Shown here: piece by piece, positions 62,550 through 64,000 of the stretch
How positions within the stretch are numbered: the stretch's first letter is position 1
Layout: each line of letters opens with the position of its first letter
Translations under genes and position numbers: made by a program
The notes under the pieces: generated by a model
Told to the model about the DNA's origin: nothing
Seen by the model: the letters and a program-made list of their open reading frames with translations, nothing else
Databases searched by the model: none
Assembly (NCBI GenBank): GCA_016840035.1
Contig: JAEOTC010000076.1
Location: 9,419 to 73,418, forward strand
DNA length: 64,000 nt
Direction of reading: 5' to 3'
From: Candidatus Hodarchaeota archaeon
GTDB taxonomy: Archaea; Asgardarchaeota; Heimdallarchaeia; Hodarchaeales; Hodarchaeaceae

Positions 62550-63899
62550 TTATGCTGCTTTCGTAGCCTTTGCCGCAGCTCTAGCTTTCTTCTTTCGTGC
62601 TTTTTCGCGTTTCAACGCAATATCAAGTTTATTCTTTCGAGCCTGAAGTCCGTAATGGATCCATAATCCAAACGCACGATACCAGACGTGTGCGAATTTC
62701 CCAAAAGGTGCTAAAACCATCAATTCCATAACAGCAATTATATGGATTACAAAAAACCAATAACCCCAGATAGAGGGAATGGATGTGATGTAATAAGTCA
62801 ATGTAATTAAAAATCCAGTCAAACCTACAAGGAATAGATTCGTAAGAAAAAGCCAATCACAGGTAAGACTATGACTGGCATAACGACTATCTTTTCGTAA
62901 CCGAGACGAGAAAGCCATTATCACTCCAACCATTAGAGAAATTCCACTGATAATTCCCAATAAGCGTATAGGATACGTGATTTCCACGAATTGGTTCGCA
63001 TCAGGTTTTAAAAACATATTCAGCGTTGTAGCAATTCCTAAACCGAAAAATCCCCACAAAATGAGAAGATGCATCAGCCATCGTGTCCGAAGGAACTGCG
63101 ATTTAAATTCTGGCCGGTGTGGGGGAAGAGCACACTCAAGTTGGCGATATTGAAGAAAAACTTCTTTGAAAATCACAACAAATGCTTGTTTTACCATGAT
63201 AAAAGGAGAGAAGAGTAAGTGATAGGTTGTATTGAGCTTCTTGTCAGTTTTTCGTGTGTTATACGCGATCTTGACTCCATTTTGTAAATTTGGATCATAC
63301 TCTTTTGATACCTGCCGATACATGTTTAGAATTGAGAAACCAATGATAAGTAATAGGATAAGTGCGATCCCAATTCCCACGATCTCGATAATTTCTTTTG
63401 ATACAAGGTCAAAAAGTCTCACAGGTCGTCCATCAATGATATTTTCAGGAGAACCTAAAAGGTTTAAGAGAATCAGGGCAAAAATAGCCACAAATCCCAT
63501 AAGGAAAAAACTACCGAAACGATTCTGATTGATAAAGCGGGAAATGCCCGTAACATCATATTGACCCATTGCCCATCTTCGGGCTGCCATAACAAACTCT
63601 CCAGGTTCAGCATCGCGAGGGCAAGTATCTGAACAATCGTTACAATAGGAGCATAGCCACATCTGGTCACTACCCACAATCTTCTCCTTTAGTCCAACAC
63701 TCGCATATCGGATGAGATTTCGTGGAAAAGGATCCGCATCATCAGATAATGGACATATTGCTGTGCAATTACCACAATTAAAACACGCACTGACATTAAA
63801 GTCACTGGTAGAATAATTCTTGATTTCATCGATTAAATAAGGATCTATAATGGTCATTTCTTTACACCCTAAATTGGAACACGTGAAACAAGAGCCCAC
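62550..63899 (-). CDS. Fe-S membrane oxidoreductase: 2x[4Fe-4S] helical-ferredoxin domain fused to a NarI/TcuB-like polytopic domain
   Basis: CFNCGNCTAICP and CSYCNDCSDTCP clusters, then ~6 TM helices with conserved His and ..APFGKFAHVWYR... Ends in a Lys/Ala-rich tail. GTG start. Confidence 0.75.
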   Translation of the reverse strand: MGSCFTCSNLGCKEMTIIDPYLIDEIKNYSTSDFNVSACFNCGNCTAICPLSDDADPFPRNLIRYASVGLKEKIVGSDQMWLCSYCNDCSDTCPRDAEPGEFVMAARRWAMGQYDVTGISRFINQNRFGSFFLMGFVAIFALILLNLLGSPENIIDGRPVRLFDLVSKEIIEIVGIGIALILLLIIGFSILNMYRQVSKEYDPNLQNGVKIAYNTRKTDKKLNTTYHLLFSPFIMVKQAFVVIFKEVFLQYRQLECALPPHRPEFKSQFLRTRWLMHLLILWGFFGLGIATTLNMFLKPDANQFVEITYPIRLLGIISGISLMVGVIMAFSSRLRKDSRYASHSLTCDWLFLTNLFLVGLTGFLITLTYYITSIPSIWGYWFFVIHIIAVMELMVLAPFGKFAHVWYRAFGLWIHYGLQARKNKLDIALKREKARKKKARAAAKATKAA

Positions 63900-64000
63900 T
63901 TGTGGTATTGACCCTCACGATTAGGTGTTTCCACGGCAATACTATACTTTCTCATACTAGTAAGATACCAATGAACAACATGATTTGGTTGTCCAATTTC
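63869..64000 (-). CDS. 3' end of an unidentified gene running in from beyond the window
   Basis: This is the only open minus-strand frame at the window edge (..EIGQPNHVVHWYLTSMRKYSIAVETPNREGQYHKWALVSRVPI*). The stop at 63871..63869 overlaps the next gene's start by 31 nt. Confidence 0.3.
   Translation of the reverse strand, partial: EIGQPNHVVHWYLTSMRKYSIAVETPNREGQYHKWALVSRVPI

Noticed and set aside
1-64000. Search for tRNA, rRNA, CRISPR arrays, transposases, integrases and prophage genes.
   Set aside because: No GC-rich cloverleaf-like islands, no regularly spaced direct repeats and no recombinase or transposase motifs were seen in any ORF. The window looks like stable core or accessory chromosome.

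Overview
AT-rich (by eye roughly one-third GC), gene-dense archaeal chromosome segment. I call 63 protein-coding genes and found no rRNA, tRNA, CRISPR array, transposase or integrase. Archaeal identity rests on three things: an HMf-type histone (51754..51957), the archaeal pantoate-kinase/phosphopantothenate-synthetase route in a five-gene CoA operon (35741..40408), and a short ERCC4/XPF nuclease. A Rab/Ras-like small GTPase coupled to a longin-like + roadblock-like protein makes an Asgard (Loki-type) archaeon the most likely source; this is inference and no search was run. Most of the rest is housekeeping or accessory: an ABC exporter pair, MFS/DMT/TauE/MscS membrane proteins, a GT4 glycosyltransferase, two M42 aminopeptidases, a 5'-nucleotidase and an M6 protease (both surface-anchored), a TtuA/Ncs6-like tRNA thiolase, Nfo, Pol IV, SfsA, ThpR and an orphan beta-class DNA methyltransferase. 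Main items for follow-up: (1) the GTPase module at 28.4-30.9 kb, together with a transporter 4 kb upstream whose cytoplasmic tail carries the same longin-like domain; (2) a textbook C/D-box sRNA box arrangement at 18409..18475 with an unusual 9-bp hairpin between the D' and C' boxes; (3) a HEAT-repeat protein followed by a long run of winged-helix-like modules next to XPF; (4) an isopentenyl-phosphate-kinase-like/metallo-beta-lactamase fusion; (5) a PadR regulator, giant membrane protein and palindromic operator unit; (6) two genes whose conserved N-termini lie upstream of any canonical start codon. All family assignments come from motif recognition by eye on the supplied translations, not from database searches.
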